Positions 1 through 9,566 of a stretch of 64,000 nucleotides of DNA are shown in pieces. The position numbers were made by a program, and so were the translations under genes. Source of the DNA: Bythopirellula sp. (GTDB lineage Bacteria; Planctomycetota; Planctomycetia; Pirellulales; Lacipirellulaceae); NCBI GenBank assembly GCA_965216565.1, contig OZ244170.1:480001-544000 (forward strand), given 5' to 3'. Position 1 is the first letter of the stretch, and each line of letters begins with the position of its first letter. The notes under the pieces are model-generated. The model searched no databases. It was not told where the DNA came from and saw only the letters and a list, made by a program, of their open reading frames with translations.

Positions 1-900
1 CTCAGCAGCTTCAACAGCCAGACGTGTTTGTTCGGCTCTTGACTCGGCAACGGCTAGATTCGCCTCAGCTTCGCCGACAGCACGTGTCTCATCAGTTAAA
101 AGTTTGAGTTTTTCAGCCAAAGCGTCCCGCTTTTGTTCCAGCGAGGTGAGTTGCATCTTAAGGCTTGGCTCACGAGCGATAAGCTCTTTGACGGCATTTA
201 TCGCATTTGCCAACTCTCCGCGGGCCTCACGAAGTACTCTTCCTATGACCGCATCCCCAGCAAGCTCTTTACGACGAACATTCTCTTCCGCTAACGATTG
301 TTTTGTTTTCGCCGCTTCTAGGGCGAAGGGAAGGTTGCCAAGTGTCAGCTTCGTTTCGGCAAGCAGTGCTCCGGCATCGGCAAGTGCAGCTTGCAGGCTG
401 ACCGGCTTGGCTAGATTAACTTTTGCGGCTGCAAATGCAGCTTCGGCCCGTCTTACCTCAGCTTGCTGCAACTTGTGTTTTGCCTTAGCCTCTGCCAGTA
501 CTAACTTCGCATCAGTTTCGATCAACAATGCAACCGGTTCGCCCTTTTCGACCTTTTGACCTTCGATGACTAGCATCTCACGGATGACGCCAGGTGCTAG
601 TGCTGAGGCCACTACCGGAGTTGGTCTGGGCTCTACCCATCCTGCCGCTTGAAACAGTGGCGTACCTTCCTGCTTAATTTCAGCACGACTTACGACAACG
701 GGAGTGATCGTAATCGATTGTGCCGGCAAGAAACTATCGCGAGCGGCCCAGGCAAACAAACTTAGGAAACCGGCGAAAATTCCGAAGGGCAAGACATATC
801 TGGTGAGCCAAGATCGCTTGACCTTCACGGCCTGCTTCTCCGGTTGGCTTCGATCGACCGCCAACTGACTAAGATCAAGTTGTGAAGAATTATCTGACAT
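1..900 (-). CDS. Efflux periplasmic adaptor subunit (HlyD/MacA-like), runs off the left edge
   Basis: Not in the ORF track; translated by eye from ATG at 900: MSDNSSQLDLSQLAVDRS...N-terminal TM (YVLPFGIFAGFLSLFAWAA)...FQAAGWVEPRP...ALAPGVIREMLVIEGQKVEKGEPVA (lipoyl-like half motif), then a long Ala-rich helical hairpin. Confidence 0.85.
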   Translation of the reverse strand, partial: MSDNSSQLDLSQLAVDRSQPEKQAVKVKRSWLTRYVLPFGIFAGFLSLFAWAARDSFLPAQSITITPVVVSRAEIKQEGTPLFQAAGWVEPRPTPVVASALAPGVIREMLVIEGQKVEKGEPVALLIETDAKLVLAEAKAKHKLQQAEVRRAEAAFAAAKVNLAKPVSLQAALADAGALLAETKLTLGNLPFALEAAKTKQSLAEENVRRKELAGDAVIGRVLREARGELANAINAVKELIAREPSLKMQLTSLEQKRDALAEKLKLLTDETRAVGEAEANLAVAESRAEQTRLAVEAAE

Positions 901-929
901 GTTTAACTAAAGCCTTTCCCAGCGTTCGC

Positions 930-2099
930 TTATATCGCCTTAATTGCTTCTACAACAGGAAGTCGCATCGCTTTGAGAGCAGGCGGCAGCGCGCCGACAA
1001 CGCCTAATAAAGCTGCCACACCACACGCAACTGCAATGCCAACACTGTCGACTGTGAGCATAAACGCCCCCATGGTGAAGCGAACTGCGGCACCATCAAT
1101 TAGCCAAAGCCCCACTACGCACGCGGCTAATGCTCCTGCACACGCCAACAGCGTCGCCTCTTGGACAAGTGTGAGCAAGATGGCACGGCGTCGAAAGCCG
1201 AGTGCCTGGAGTGTTGCCAATTCTCGTACGCGGCCTACAACTGCGCCATACATTGTGTTGAGCCCCGCAAATATCCCAGAGCCAGCAACCAGCGCCACTA
1301 CCACCCAGCCCAACATACGAACGGGCTTGTAGTGTTTTTGCAGAGATGCGTAGTAGACACTTTCTGACACTGCTTTTAATTCCAAGTCGACCCGCTCGCG
1401 GCAAAACAAATCGACGTCCGCAACGCGTTCGGGCGAATCCATACTGACTGCCACTAGGCTTAAATCTTGTCGTTTCAGCGTCGTTTGCAGCTCTGCCAGC
1501 GGAGCCCAGATCTCAGACTCAAATGCTGAACCAGCTGCCGTGAAGAGGCCACTAATCGTCCAAGTTCGTCCGTCAAAGGTTACCTGCTGACCGACTGCAA
1601 GATCTTCTTTGCTGGCCCCTAGCTTTGAATGTGCCAAGCGACCAACAATCACCTCGCCAGCTTGTGGCCAAGCACCCTCAGAGAGTTGCACTTGACCTCG
1701 CACTAGCGGTGCAGTGGTTGTGACGCCACGCACCAAGCCCATTCCGGGTTCTGTCATGTTTGAAGTCGTAATTCGAGTACCTAAGTAAAGCTCAGGTGAC
1801 ACGTATTCGACGCCATGCTGACGACGCACTCCATCAACGCTCGCCGAAACCAAAGCCGGTGTTCGCCCAGGGATAGACGAGTTTTCGATATCAGCCCCAG
1901 AGGAAAGCGCATAAATCAAGACGACATTCGGATTACCCGTGGCAGCCAACGACTTTTCGAGTCCGCGGATAAATCCCACGACCACTAACACCAGCAGCAC
2001 CACGATGGTTAGTCCACCGAGAGTGAGCACACTACGTGACGGTCGACGAAATAAATTTCGTACGCCGTAGTCCCAAGGTAATAGTCGTTGGCCGAGCAT
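930..2099 (-). CDS. ABC transporter permease, FtsX/MacB family
   Basis: RNLFRRPSRSVLT N-terminus, periplasmic domain, RVRELATLQALGF motif and C-terminal TMs; ATG at 2099 preceded by GGAG. Confidence 0.9.
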   Translation of the reverse strand: MLGQRLLPWDYGVRNLFRRPSRSVLTLGGLTIVVLLVLVVVGFIRGLEKSLAATGNPNVVLIYALSSGADIENSSIPGRTPALVSASVDGVRRQHGVEYVSPELYLGTRITTSNMTEPGMGLVRGVTTTAPLVRGQVQLSEGAWPQAGEVIVGRLAHSKLGASKEDLAVGQQVTFDGRTWTISGLFTAAGSAFESEIWAPLAELQTTLKRQDLSLVAVSMDSPERVADVDLFCRERVDLELKAVSESVYYASLQKHYKPVRMLGWVVVALVAGSGIFAGLNTMYGAVVGRVRELATLQALGFRRRAILLTLVQEATLLACAGALAACVVGLWLIDGAAVRFTMGAFMLTVDSVGIAVACGVAALLGVVGALPPALKAMRLPVVEAIKAI

Positions 2100-2137
2100 T
2101 GATTTATCTCCAAAGTTGATCGCCAATAGCGACAACT

Positions 2138-2674
2138 CTAATTGCGGATGAAGACGCCCTTGGCGAGCATCACGAAGTTACCACTTTTGTCTTTCTTCGC
2201 TGTCCCTTTGACAACGACCATGTCCGATTCTTTTAGTCCGAATAATTTGCGGGAGTCGACCGGCACGAGCTGCCCTTGAGCGTCAACTACTTTCACCAGC
2301 GTCGTACATTCGAGACGCTCCGTAGCGCAGCAGTCGCCCATGCACAATTCACCTTCTTCGCCAGAATCCTCGCCTTCTGCGACAACCGACATGGAAGCAT
2401 CAAGTAGCGTAAAGGCTGCACGACCATTGATCCATGGATTTGCCGCCCCACCTATACGTCCTACTAAAACTAACGGCTCTCCGTCTTCACTCGATTCACG
2501 GGCCGCGATCACGCCAACAGCACCATCTGGTTCGTCGGATAGTGTGTATTGTGTAGCGTCAATGTTTGTTGTCGGGACCGGCACATTCGAGGCAGTTCCT
2601 GACGCAGACCCACAACCAGTGCTGACCGCAATTGCAGAGAGCGACAATAATAAAGCTATAACATCGATCTTCAT
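2138..2674 (-). CDS. Hypothetical lipoprotein
   Basis: Signal peptide ending STGC; CMGDCC motif; overlaps the stop of the upstream HMA gene by 4 bp. Confidence 0.75.
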   Translation of the reverse strand: MKIDVIALLLSLSAIAVSTGCGSASGTASNVPVPTTNIDATQYTLSDEPDGAVGVIAARESSEDGEPLVLVGRIGGAANPWINGRAAFTLLDASMSVVAEGEDSGEEGELCMGDCCATERLECTTLVKVVDAQGQLVPVDSRKLFGLKESDMVVVKGTAKKDKSGNFVMLAKGVFIRN

Positions 2675-3372
2675 CTTTGGATTCCTCCTGTATTTACTTG
2701 CTGTGCTTGTTGATGGTTCTTAGGAGCAAGTTTGGTGGCCCACTTAATGGCTAATTTGCCGTGAGGGCCAGTGACCGCTATTGGGCGCTCCTTAGCTTTC
2801 GCAACTGCGTTAACCACGAGCCAAGGCGAGACAACTACGTCTGGCCGCGTCTCGACGAACAGAGTTTCACTCTTCATGTCGACCCTCACTTTCGTAACAC
2901 CTTTAAGTGCATAGAGCTGAGCGGCAATCTTCTTCGCACATCCCTTGCAATGCAGATTGTCGATAACGATCGACAGAGGTGCTTTGATTTGCTGGGCCTG
3001 CTGACCTGCATTAGGGTCAACTTGAGGGCGAATTAATGTGTACGTTGCCTCGGATGTAACCAGCTTAGTGGGACCACCATCGCCCTGCTCAACTGCGTGC
3101 CATAGCTGTCCTAGCATTGCGGCGTTGGGCTGCGGCAGTGAAACGGTAACTGTGTGCGTACTAATGTCGATGCCTACCTCTTTCACACCCCGGGCGGCAT
3201 ACAACTGGCCAGAGACCTTCCGGGCACACCCCTTACAGCACATTCCTTCAGCAAGAATCTGTATTTGATGGTTGCCCGCCTGGGGTGTTGCTGCTTTCAC
3301 TAAGGACTGACTTGTATGACTAATGGCCAAGGCCACGAAGAGCGTAGCAATGATTGTGCACTTCCTTCGCAT
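2671..3372 (-). CDS. Exported protein with two heavy-metal-associated (HMA) domains
   Basis: Signal peptide; GMCCKGC and NLHCKGC HMA motifs; GAGGAG RBS. Confidence 0.85.
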   Translation of the reverse strand: MRRKCTIIATLFVALAISHTSQSLVKAATPQAGNHQIQILAEGMCCKGCARKVSGQLYAARGVKEVGIDISTHTVTVSLPQPNAAMLGQLWHAVEQGDGGPTKLVTSEATYTLIRPQVDPNAGQQAQQIKAPLSIVIDNLHCKGCAKKIAAQLYALKGVTKVRVDMKSETLFVETRPDVVVSPWLVVNAVAKAKERPIAVTGPHGKLAIKWATKLAPKNHQQAQQVNTGGIQR

Positions 3373-3409
3373 GGTTTTCTCCTCTTCTCAATTTATGGGT
3401 TGGCGAAGC

Positions 3410-3437
3410 ACTGACTGCCTCCACGGAGTGAGTCAGT
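3410..3437. promoter_or_regulatory. Imperfect stem-loop between the Cys-rich ORF and the HMA gene
   Basis: ACTGACT...CTCC AC GGAG...AGTCAGT inverted repeat. Confidence 0.35.
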
Positions 3438-3543
3438 CAGCAAGTTTGGAAATGATCAACAGGAACTCCAGAAGTGACTCGCTATAGCAAGCCGAACTTA
3501 AGGAAGTCATGAGACGCGAGCAGAAGGCTCGCAAGAAGAGAAG

Positions 3544-4053
3544 TCAGATTAAGAAGCGGCAGAGCTCAGCGCAGCGCTGCACGGCAGATTCAGTCCATAC
3601 ATCAGCGGTGGACGCATAGTCGCATGACGCTGTCCGATCCGCACCAATTGCTGCAACAACAATCGAAGCATCGCTTTGCGTAAGGTTCCGGAGCAACAAC
3701 TCAATAGGCTCCGATGGGCCCTTCGGCAACTGCAGAGGTTGCGCGGGCTGGTGACACCAGCAATCTGGCGGACAGGGGCACGACTTGTCCTGGTCGTCTA
3801 TGCAGTCCCGTTCTGGAGAGCGAACACTAGCCTCTCGTGCTGATGTACATGCATGAGAGTGAGAGCATGATTTTGCCTCTGAGTGGGAATGCTCGCTACA
3901 CGCTGTCTCTGCAGAACAAGTGGCAGCACATCCACCAAGATGACACAGAAGATGCAAATCCTGAACGCTAGGCAATAACGCAAGCACGACCCCCAGAAGG
4001 GCTGTAATTCGCTTCGAGTTATTGTAACGGCTCAGCACGAGCTGTGACTCCAT
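3544..4053 (-). CDS. Cys/His-rich protein ending RCAELCRFLI (putative metal-binding or leader protein)
   Basis: Hydrophobic N-terminal segment, many Cys/His, Pro-rich linker; C-terminus shared with 20914..21378 and 41131..41712. Confidence 0.7.
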   Translation of the reverse strand: MESQLVLSRYNNSKRITALLGVVLALLPSVQDLHLLCHLGGCAATCSAETACSEHSHSEAKSCSHSHACTSAREASVRSPERDCIDDQDKSCPCPPDCWCHQPAQPLQLPKGPSEPIELLLRNLTQSDASIVVAAIGADRTASCDYASTADVWTESAVQRCAELCRFLI

Positions 4054-4419
4054 AATGTGACAGTATATTTCCGATTAGCATCGTAATCGGCAGAAAGCGA
4101 CCGGCGAGTTTAGCAGATTCAGAGGTATCGTGCAAAATCAACATGCGACTCCAGAAAAATGCGTCTAGCACCATGAAATTGAGAAGTGCTATCAGAGCTG
4201 AGCTTAACGGTGTCACCCGTTCGTCGATCTATGCCTGGCGTCCGGTGAATACAGACATGTATTTGTCAGCATCATTGACTTACGATGCGAGAGCCTCTGT
4301 TGAGATATACCGAGTGAGTAGAAAGCTGAGCGGCAAGAATTACTAGCAAGTTCTCAGTTTGGCCCTGGAAATCTTAGTGAATTTTAATAGCGTCGACCGA
4401 ACATCAGCTGTTGACTTGG

Positions 4420-5091
4420 CTATTTGTTTGCAGGGCGTACATAGCTGCTGGGGTTTTCAACAAATCGGTCCAGGCATCGCTTGGCACAAAAGTAGTATGT
4501 CTGCTCTTCATGTACATGAGCCAATCCTTTTGGCTTCGTCACTCTCATTCCACACACAGGGTCAAGTGCGGTATTGTCACGCTGGTACTGCTCGTGAGTT
4601 TCAATCTGCAAGTAAGAGTCAAGAAAACCGAGTAGTTTCTGCTCTGCCCACTTGCGCACGGCGTCTAAATCAACATTGCTTATGTCTAGATCGAGTACGT
4701 CACCGCGGGCGAAACGAATGAAGATGGGAAGGATCTGGGCTTCGTATTGGATAGTAAGGCTTTCGATGGTCTCATTGTGAATTATGCGAAAACCGACGCT
4801 CGCCCTGGCCGGAAACCGGATTGAATGTTGGAGTTGACAGCGAACGCAGTACCCGATCAGTGCATCTTCCAGCTTGGCATTGTCAAGATGTTCTGCAAAC
4901 GCTGCAAGCGTTGGATGGAGTACTTCGCTAACAATATGGTCGGCGAGCTCATGGAACACTACTTCTCGCTCCTCTAGCTCGCGCATAGTATGCTCCATGG
5001 AATCACGATGTTTAGCTACTTCTGCTTTGCTCGCTTCAAGACGGTTGTTAATCTGTTTTTTGAATTCGGATGAGACTGATGAAGTAGCCAT
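4420..5091 (-). CDS. YHS domain protein
   Basis: C-terminal DPVCGM...YYFCAKRCLDRF; paralog of 15908..16573. Confidence 0.85.
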   Translation of the reverse strand: MATSSVSSEFKKQINNRLEASKAEVAKHRDSMEHTMRELEEREVVFHELADHIVSEVLHPTLAAFAEHLDNAKLEDALIGYCVRCQLQHSIRFPARASVGFRIIHNETIESLTIQYEAQILPIFIRFARGDVLDLDISNVDLDAVRKWAEQKLLGFLDSYLQIETHEQYQRDNTALDPVCGMRVTKPKGLAHVHEEQTYYFCAKRCLDRFVENPSSYVRPANK

Positions 5092-5121
5092 TGCGTTGTC
5101 CTCTGTAATATAAGTGCGATA

Positions 5122-5454
5122 TTAATCTGAAAATATTCGCTCAACGGATTGTGAGTGTAACACCAGCGTTAAAGGCACGACGACGACTGGCAATAGGACA
5201 CCTGCCAGAAACCAGCGTAGGGCGTGCTTCTTTTCTTTTTGCTGAGCAAAACGGGCGCAAATCGCTCCACTCGCCATAGCAGCAGTCAAATACGCAGCAA
5301 CTGCAATCCAGAACACTGTGTCGACTCCCCGATCCACATCCAAAATACGAACATGTAGCTTGTTAATCCGCTGCTCAGGAGAAAGATCGTGCCCCCACGC
5401 AGGGGTCACTACTAACGCACTACTAATTAAGAGACTCACGAAACAAGGTCTCAT
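5122..5454 (-). CDS. Small membrane protein
   Basis: Signal peptide plus two hydrophobic segments; directly downstream of the CusA-type gene. Confidence 0.55.
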   Translation of the reverse strand: MRPCFVSLLISSALVVTPAWGHDLSPEQRINKLHVRILDVDRGVDTVFWIAVAAYLTAAMASGAICARFAQQKEKKHALRWFLAGVLLPVVVVPLTLVLHSQSVERIFSD

Positions 5455-5460
5455 CAGAAA

Positions 5461-8400
5461 TCACCTTTCCATTGAAGCATGCTTCTTGAACTTAGGGTCG
5501 TCGATGCCCAATTTGAGCTTCCATTCCATGGTCCAGCAATAAAGCACTGGAACGACAAGCATCGTCACGATCTCGATGGTCATTCCACCAAAACTGGGGA
5601 TTGCCATCGGCACCATGATGTCACTGCCACGACCAGTAGATGTAAGGACCGGAATCAAGGCTAGTAACGTTGTGGCAGTAGTCATCAGACATGGTCGGAC
5701 TCGACGCATTCCAGCAGTAACGGTGGCTTCACGCGCGTGATTCGCATCCGTAATACGGTCTTTCCGAAAGCTTTCGTCAAGATACGATGCAATCACGACA
5801 CCGTCGTCACTGGCAATGCCGAACAAAGCGAGAAAGCCAACCCAGACGGCAACACTAAGGTTAATCGTGTGAACTTGGAATAACGTTCGCATGTTGGTTC
5901 CAAAGACATCAAAGTCCAAGAACCAATCCGTGCCGTATAGCCACAACATGATGAAACCGCCAGCCCAAGCGATCATGATTCCACTAAATACCAGCGACGT
6001 CGTGATGACCGATTTGAACTGAAAATAGAGGATCAAGAAGATGACTCCGAGCGCCAATGGCAGCACAACCATCAACGTTTTCTGAGAGCGAATCTGATTC
6101 TCATAGTTCCCTGCAAACGTGTAGCTTACTCCTGCTGGCAAAACGAGTTCACCACTCTCGATTTTCGCTTGCAGGAACGCTTGAGCATCCTCGACAACGT
6201 CCACTTCCGCATTTCCGGCTTTCATGTCAAACAAGACGTAACCGAGTAAAAAAGTGTCTTCACTCTTGATGACTTGCGGGCCGCGTACGTACTTGATTTT
6301 GGCCAGTTGCTCCAGTGGAATCTGCTGTCCCATCCCCGTGGGCACGAGAATACGCCCCAGCGACTCTGCTTCGTCCCTTAGTTCACGTGCATAACGCACT
6401 CGCACTGGGTAGCGTTCACGCCCCTCGACTGTCGTCGTGATTCGGCGACCACCAATCGCTACTTCAATCACGTCTTGAACTGTGCGGATATGCAACCCGT
6501 ATCGCTTAATCGCATCGCGGTCGATGTCGATTTCCAAATAAGGTTTGCCGACAATTCGGTCGGCGATGACGGCTGACGCTTGGACGGTAGGCACTTGCTT
6601 AAGTAGATTCTCTATTTGTAAGGCAACTCGCTCGATCGTCTCTAGATCCGGGCCTTTAACTTTCATGCCCATCGGTGCTCGCATCCCGCTTTGTAGCATC
6701 ACGATACGTGCAGCGATCGGCTGTAGCTTAGGAGCAGAGGTGGTTCCCGGAATGTCTGCCGCTTCGGTGATCTTTTCCCAGATATCATCGGGAGTCTTGA
6801 TTTCGTCTCGCCACTGTCGAAAAGGTCTCCCGCCATATTCCTCGATCAATTCACCTTGCTCATCGCGGGCAAAGTCAGCAGCTTCTTCATCGTAGCGAAA
6901 CTTCAGCCGATTGCCGTTCTCATCTGTCTTGTATTCTGATTTGTAGGCGATGAACGTCTCAATCATTGAAATGGGTGCCGGGTCGAGCGGGCTTTCTGCA
7001 CGTCCAATTTTTCCCACCACCGATTCTACTTCCGGAATTGAAATGAGAAACTTATTCTGCAGCTTCAGCACGTCCATTGCTTCACCAATCGAGGCATGGG
7101 GCATCGTAGTCGGCATGTAAAGGAACGAACCCTCGTCCAACGGTGGCATAAACTCTTTGCCGAGTCCGGGCAAAGTGGAACTTGCGGCAATCCATGGCCG
7201 CGATTCTCGTACTGTCGAGTCCGAAATGCCGGCTAGTGACGCCGTCTTGGGTATGAATGAAAAGATTCGATCGAATCCCAGCCACGCACATCCACCAAAT
7301 AAAAGAATGGCAGTGGGCATCGTTAAGAAAAGAAGTTTATGGGCAAGGCACCAGCGAAGGATTGGTTCGTAGAGATACCGCTGAAACAGAGTGAAGAATC
7401 CTAGCAGGCCCCCAATCAGTATTCCAACGAACAAAAAATTCCGCAGCAGTCCTTTATCGGGACCAAGTGGCAACCAGTGGTTTGTCAGAAAGAGACCGAC
7501 GACCAGCACTGCCACGGCACTTGCTGCATAGGGTCCATATTTTTGGTACTGGACGGGGATGCGTTCTTCCAGGAGCTTGTACAAACCCAATCCGGCAATG
7601 ATCGCTCCAACCCACCATGAAATCAAAAAGGTTGAAAAGAAACCAGCAACTACCAATGTAATCATCAAATAACGACGGAGAGCGTTCGATTTGATCCGAC
7701 CCCCCATCAAAATGTGAGCAGCCGGAGGAATGATTGTTAGTGCCACTATCACTGAAGCTGAAAGAGCAAACGTCTTGGTAAACGCCAATGGGCGGAACAG
7801 TTTGCCTTCGGCTGCGACCATCGTAAACACTGGGAGGAAGCTCACAACCGTAGTTGAAACGGCTGTCAATACAGCGCTGGCTACTTCGTTAGAGGCTCGA
7901 AAGATAACATGCGCACGATCTTCCGCTGGGTCCGCTTCCTCCAAATGCTTGAGAATGTTCTCGCAAAGAATAATTCCCATATCGACCATCGTGCCGATAG
8001 CAATGGCTATTCCCGAAAGAGCAACGATGTTCGCATCGACTCCGAAGGTCTTCATCGCAATGAAGCACATCAAGACAGCCAATGGCAAGAGAGCACTGAT
8101 CAAAATGGAGCTGCGCATGTGCAACACCATCACTAAGATCACAATAATGGTGACAAGGATTTCTTCAGAGAGAGCAGTATTCAGAGTTCCAAGTGTCTCA
8201 TAAATCACGCCGGTACGATCGTAGTAAGGCACTACGCGAATCTGGCTGGTTGTAATCCAATTGGGCCACTGTTCACGCGGTGTGCTCCGTAGATGTTTAA
8301 CCCATGAATCATGATCTGGATTCGCACCGCTGATCGGCTTTAGGTCATTGGCAACCGCGTATGCGTCGACCTGATCTATCGTCGTCCTCGTGTAGTCAAC

Positions 8401-9468
8401 GACGACTTTCGTCGGTAGTCCCGGCGAGATTTCTTCGATTGTTTTCTTGACGTTCTTGATGGCTTGGAGCGGATTGAAACCATAGCGAACAACTACGATA
8501 CCGCCCACGGCCTCGGAACCTGCCTTGTCCAACACACCACGCCTGAGTGCTGGGCCTAGTGAAACGTTCGCGACATCCTTAATCGTGATCGGCACATTGT
8601 CCGTCACTTTGACGACCGTCTTTTCGATGTCCTGGACTTCTTCGATAAAACCCAAGCCGCGAATCACGTACTCCGCTTTATTTAGCTCAATGGTTCTTGC
8701 GCCCACATCGACGTTGGTCATCTTTATAGATTGAAAAACGTCCCCCAAAGAAATTTTGGCAGCCCGCATTGCATCAGGATCTACGTCGATCTGGTATTCT
8801 CGTACAAAACCGCCAATCGACGCGACTTCACTGATTCCCTCGGATGCAGTCAAGGCATAGCGCACGTACCAATCTTGAGTAGTTCTCAATTCATCCAAGT
8901 CCCAGCCACCGGTCGGATTCCCGTCAGGGTCTTGGCCTTCAAGCGTGTAAAGAAAGATCTGTCCCAGTGCGGTAGCGTCAGGCCCAAGTGCTGGCTGCAC
9001 ACCTTCAGGGAGCGTGCCTGAGGGTAGACTGTTTAGCTTTTCTAAGACTCGAGACCGCGACCAGTAAAACTCGGCATTTTCATTGAAGATGATGAAGATC
9101 GTCGAGAAACCGAACAGCGAGTAACTGCGGATCGTCTTGACCTCTGGGAGACCAAGCAGAGCAACTGTCAAAGGGTAGCCAATTTGGTCCTCCACGTCTT
9201 GGGGCGAGCGACCCATCCACTGCGTGAAAACGATTTGTTGATTCTCGCCGATATCAGGAATTGCATCGACGGGCACCGGATCACGCGGAAGCCCACCGAC
9301 TTGCCAATCAAACGGCGCGACCATCACTCCCCAGGTGATGATGGCAAGTACAAGCAGGGCGACAACTAGTTTATTGTGAAGACAAAACCAAATGATGCCA
9401 CCTAGCAGGGAGCGTCTGCCAAGTTCTACATCTGAAGCAATTATGTTGTCAGAAGATTCAGCCATCAT
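5461..9468 (-). CDS. cusA: CusA/SilA-type heavy-metal RND efflux permease (copy 1)
   Basis: DAIPDIGENQQIVFTQWMGRSPQDVEDQ, GIAIAIGTMVD, EFMPPLDEGSFLYMP and RVRPCLMT motifs. Confidence 0.93.
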   Translation of the reverse strand: MMAESSDNIIASDVELGRRSLLGGIIWFCLHNKLVVALLVLAIITWGVMVAPFDWQVGGLPRDPVPVDAIPDIGENQQIVFTQWMGRSPQDVEDQIGYPLTVALLGLPEVKTIRSYSLFGFSTIFIIFNENAEFYWSRSRVLEKLNSLPSGTLPEGVQPALGPDATALGQIFLYTLEGQDPDGNPTGGWDLDELRTTQDWYVRYALTASEGISEVASIGGFVREYQIDVDPDAMRAAKISLGDVFQSIKMTNVDVGARTIELNKAEYVIRGLGFIEEVQDIEKTVVKVTDNVPITIKDVANVSLGPALRRGVLDKAGSEAVGGIVVVRYGFNPLQAIKNVKKTIEEISPGLPTKVVVDYTRTTIDQVDAYAVANDLKPISGANPDHDSWVKHLRSTPREQWPNWITTSQIRVVPYYDRTGVIYETLGTLNTALSEEILVTIIVILVMVLHMRSSILISALLPLAVLMCFIAMKTFGVDANIVALSGIAIAIGTMVDMGIILCENILKHLEEADPAEDRAHVIFRASNEVASAVLTAVSTTVVSFLPVFTMVAAEGKLFRPLAFTKTFALSASVIVALTIIPPAAHILMGGRIKSNALRRYLMITLVVAGFFSTFLISWWVGAIIAGLGLYKLLEERIPVQYQKYGPYAASAVAVLVVGLFLTNHWLPLGPDKGLLRNFLFVGILIGGLLGFFTLFQRYLYEPILRWCLAHKLLFLTMPTAILLFGGCAWLGFDRIFSFIPKTASLAGISDSTVRESRPWIAASSTLPGLGKEFMPPLDEGSFLYMPTTMPHASIGEAMDVLKLQNKFLISIPEVESVVGKIGRAESPLDPAPISMIETFIAYKSEYKTDENGNRLKFRYDEEAADFARDEQGELIEEYGGRPFRQWRDEIKTPDDIWEKITEAADIPGTTSAPKLQPIAARIVMLQSGMRAPMGMKVKGPDLETIERVALQIENLLKQVPTVQASAVIADRIVGKPYLEIDIDRDAIKRYGLHIRTVQDVIEVAIGGRRITTTVEGRERYPVRVRYARELRDEAESLGRILVPTGMGQQIPLEQLAKIKYVRGPQVIKSEDTFLLGYVLFDMKAGNAEVDVVEDAQAFLQAKIESGELVLPAGVSYTFAGNYENQIRSQKTLMVVLPLALGVIFLILYFQFKSVITTSLVFSGIMIAWAGGFIMLWLYGTDWFLDFDVFGTNMRTLFQVHTINLSVAVWVGFLALFGIASDDGVVIASYLDESFRKDRITDANHAREATVTAGMRRVRPCLMTTATTLLALIPVLTSTGRGSDIMVPMAIPSFGGMTIEIVTMLVVPVLYCWTMEWKLKLGIDDPKFKKHASMER

Positions 9469-9566
9469 AACCAATGAGTTTTTGGGTTAGAAAGATGCGT
9501 AAGTTGCCAGTTTGCACTACTATCTGAGAACAAAGTGCCTGGAGCACTCTTCTTGTCGAGATCGTA

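Noticed and set aside
104..559. 151-aa plus-strand ORF
   Set aside because: Antisense shadow of the minus-strand adaptor gene at 1..900
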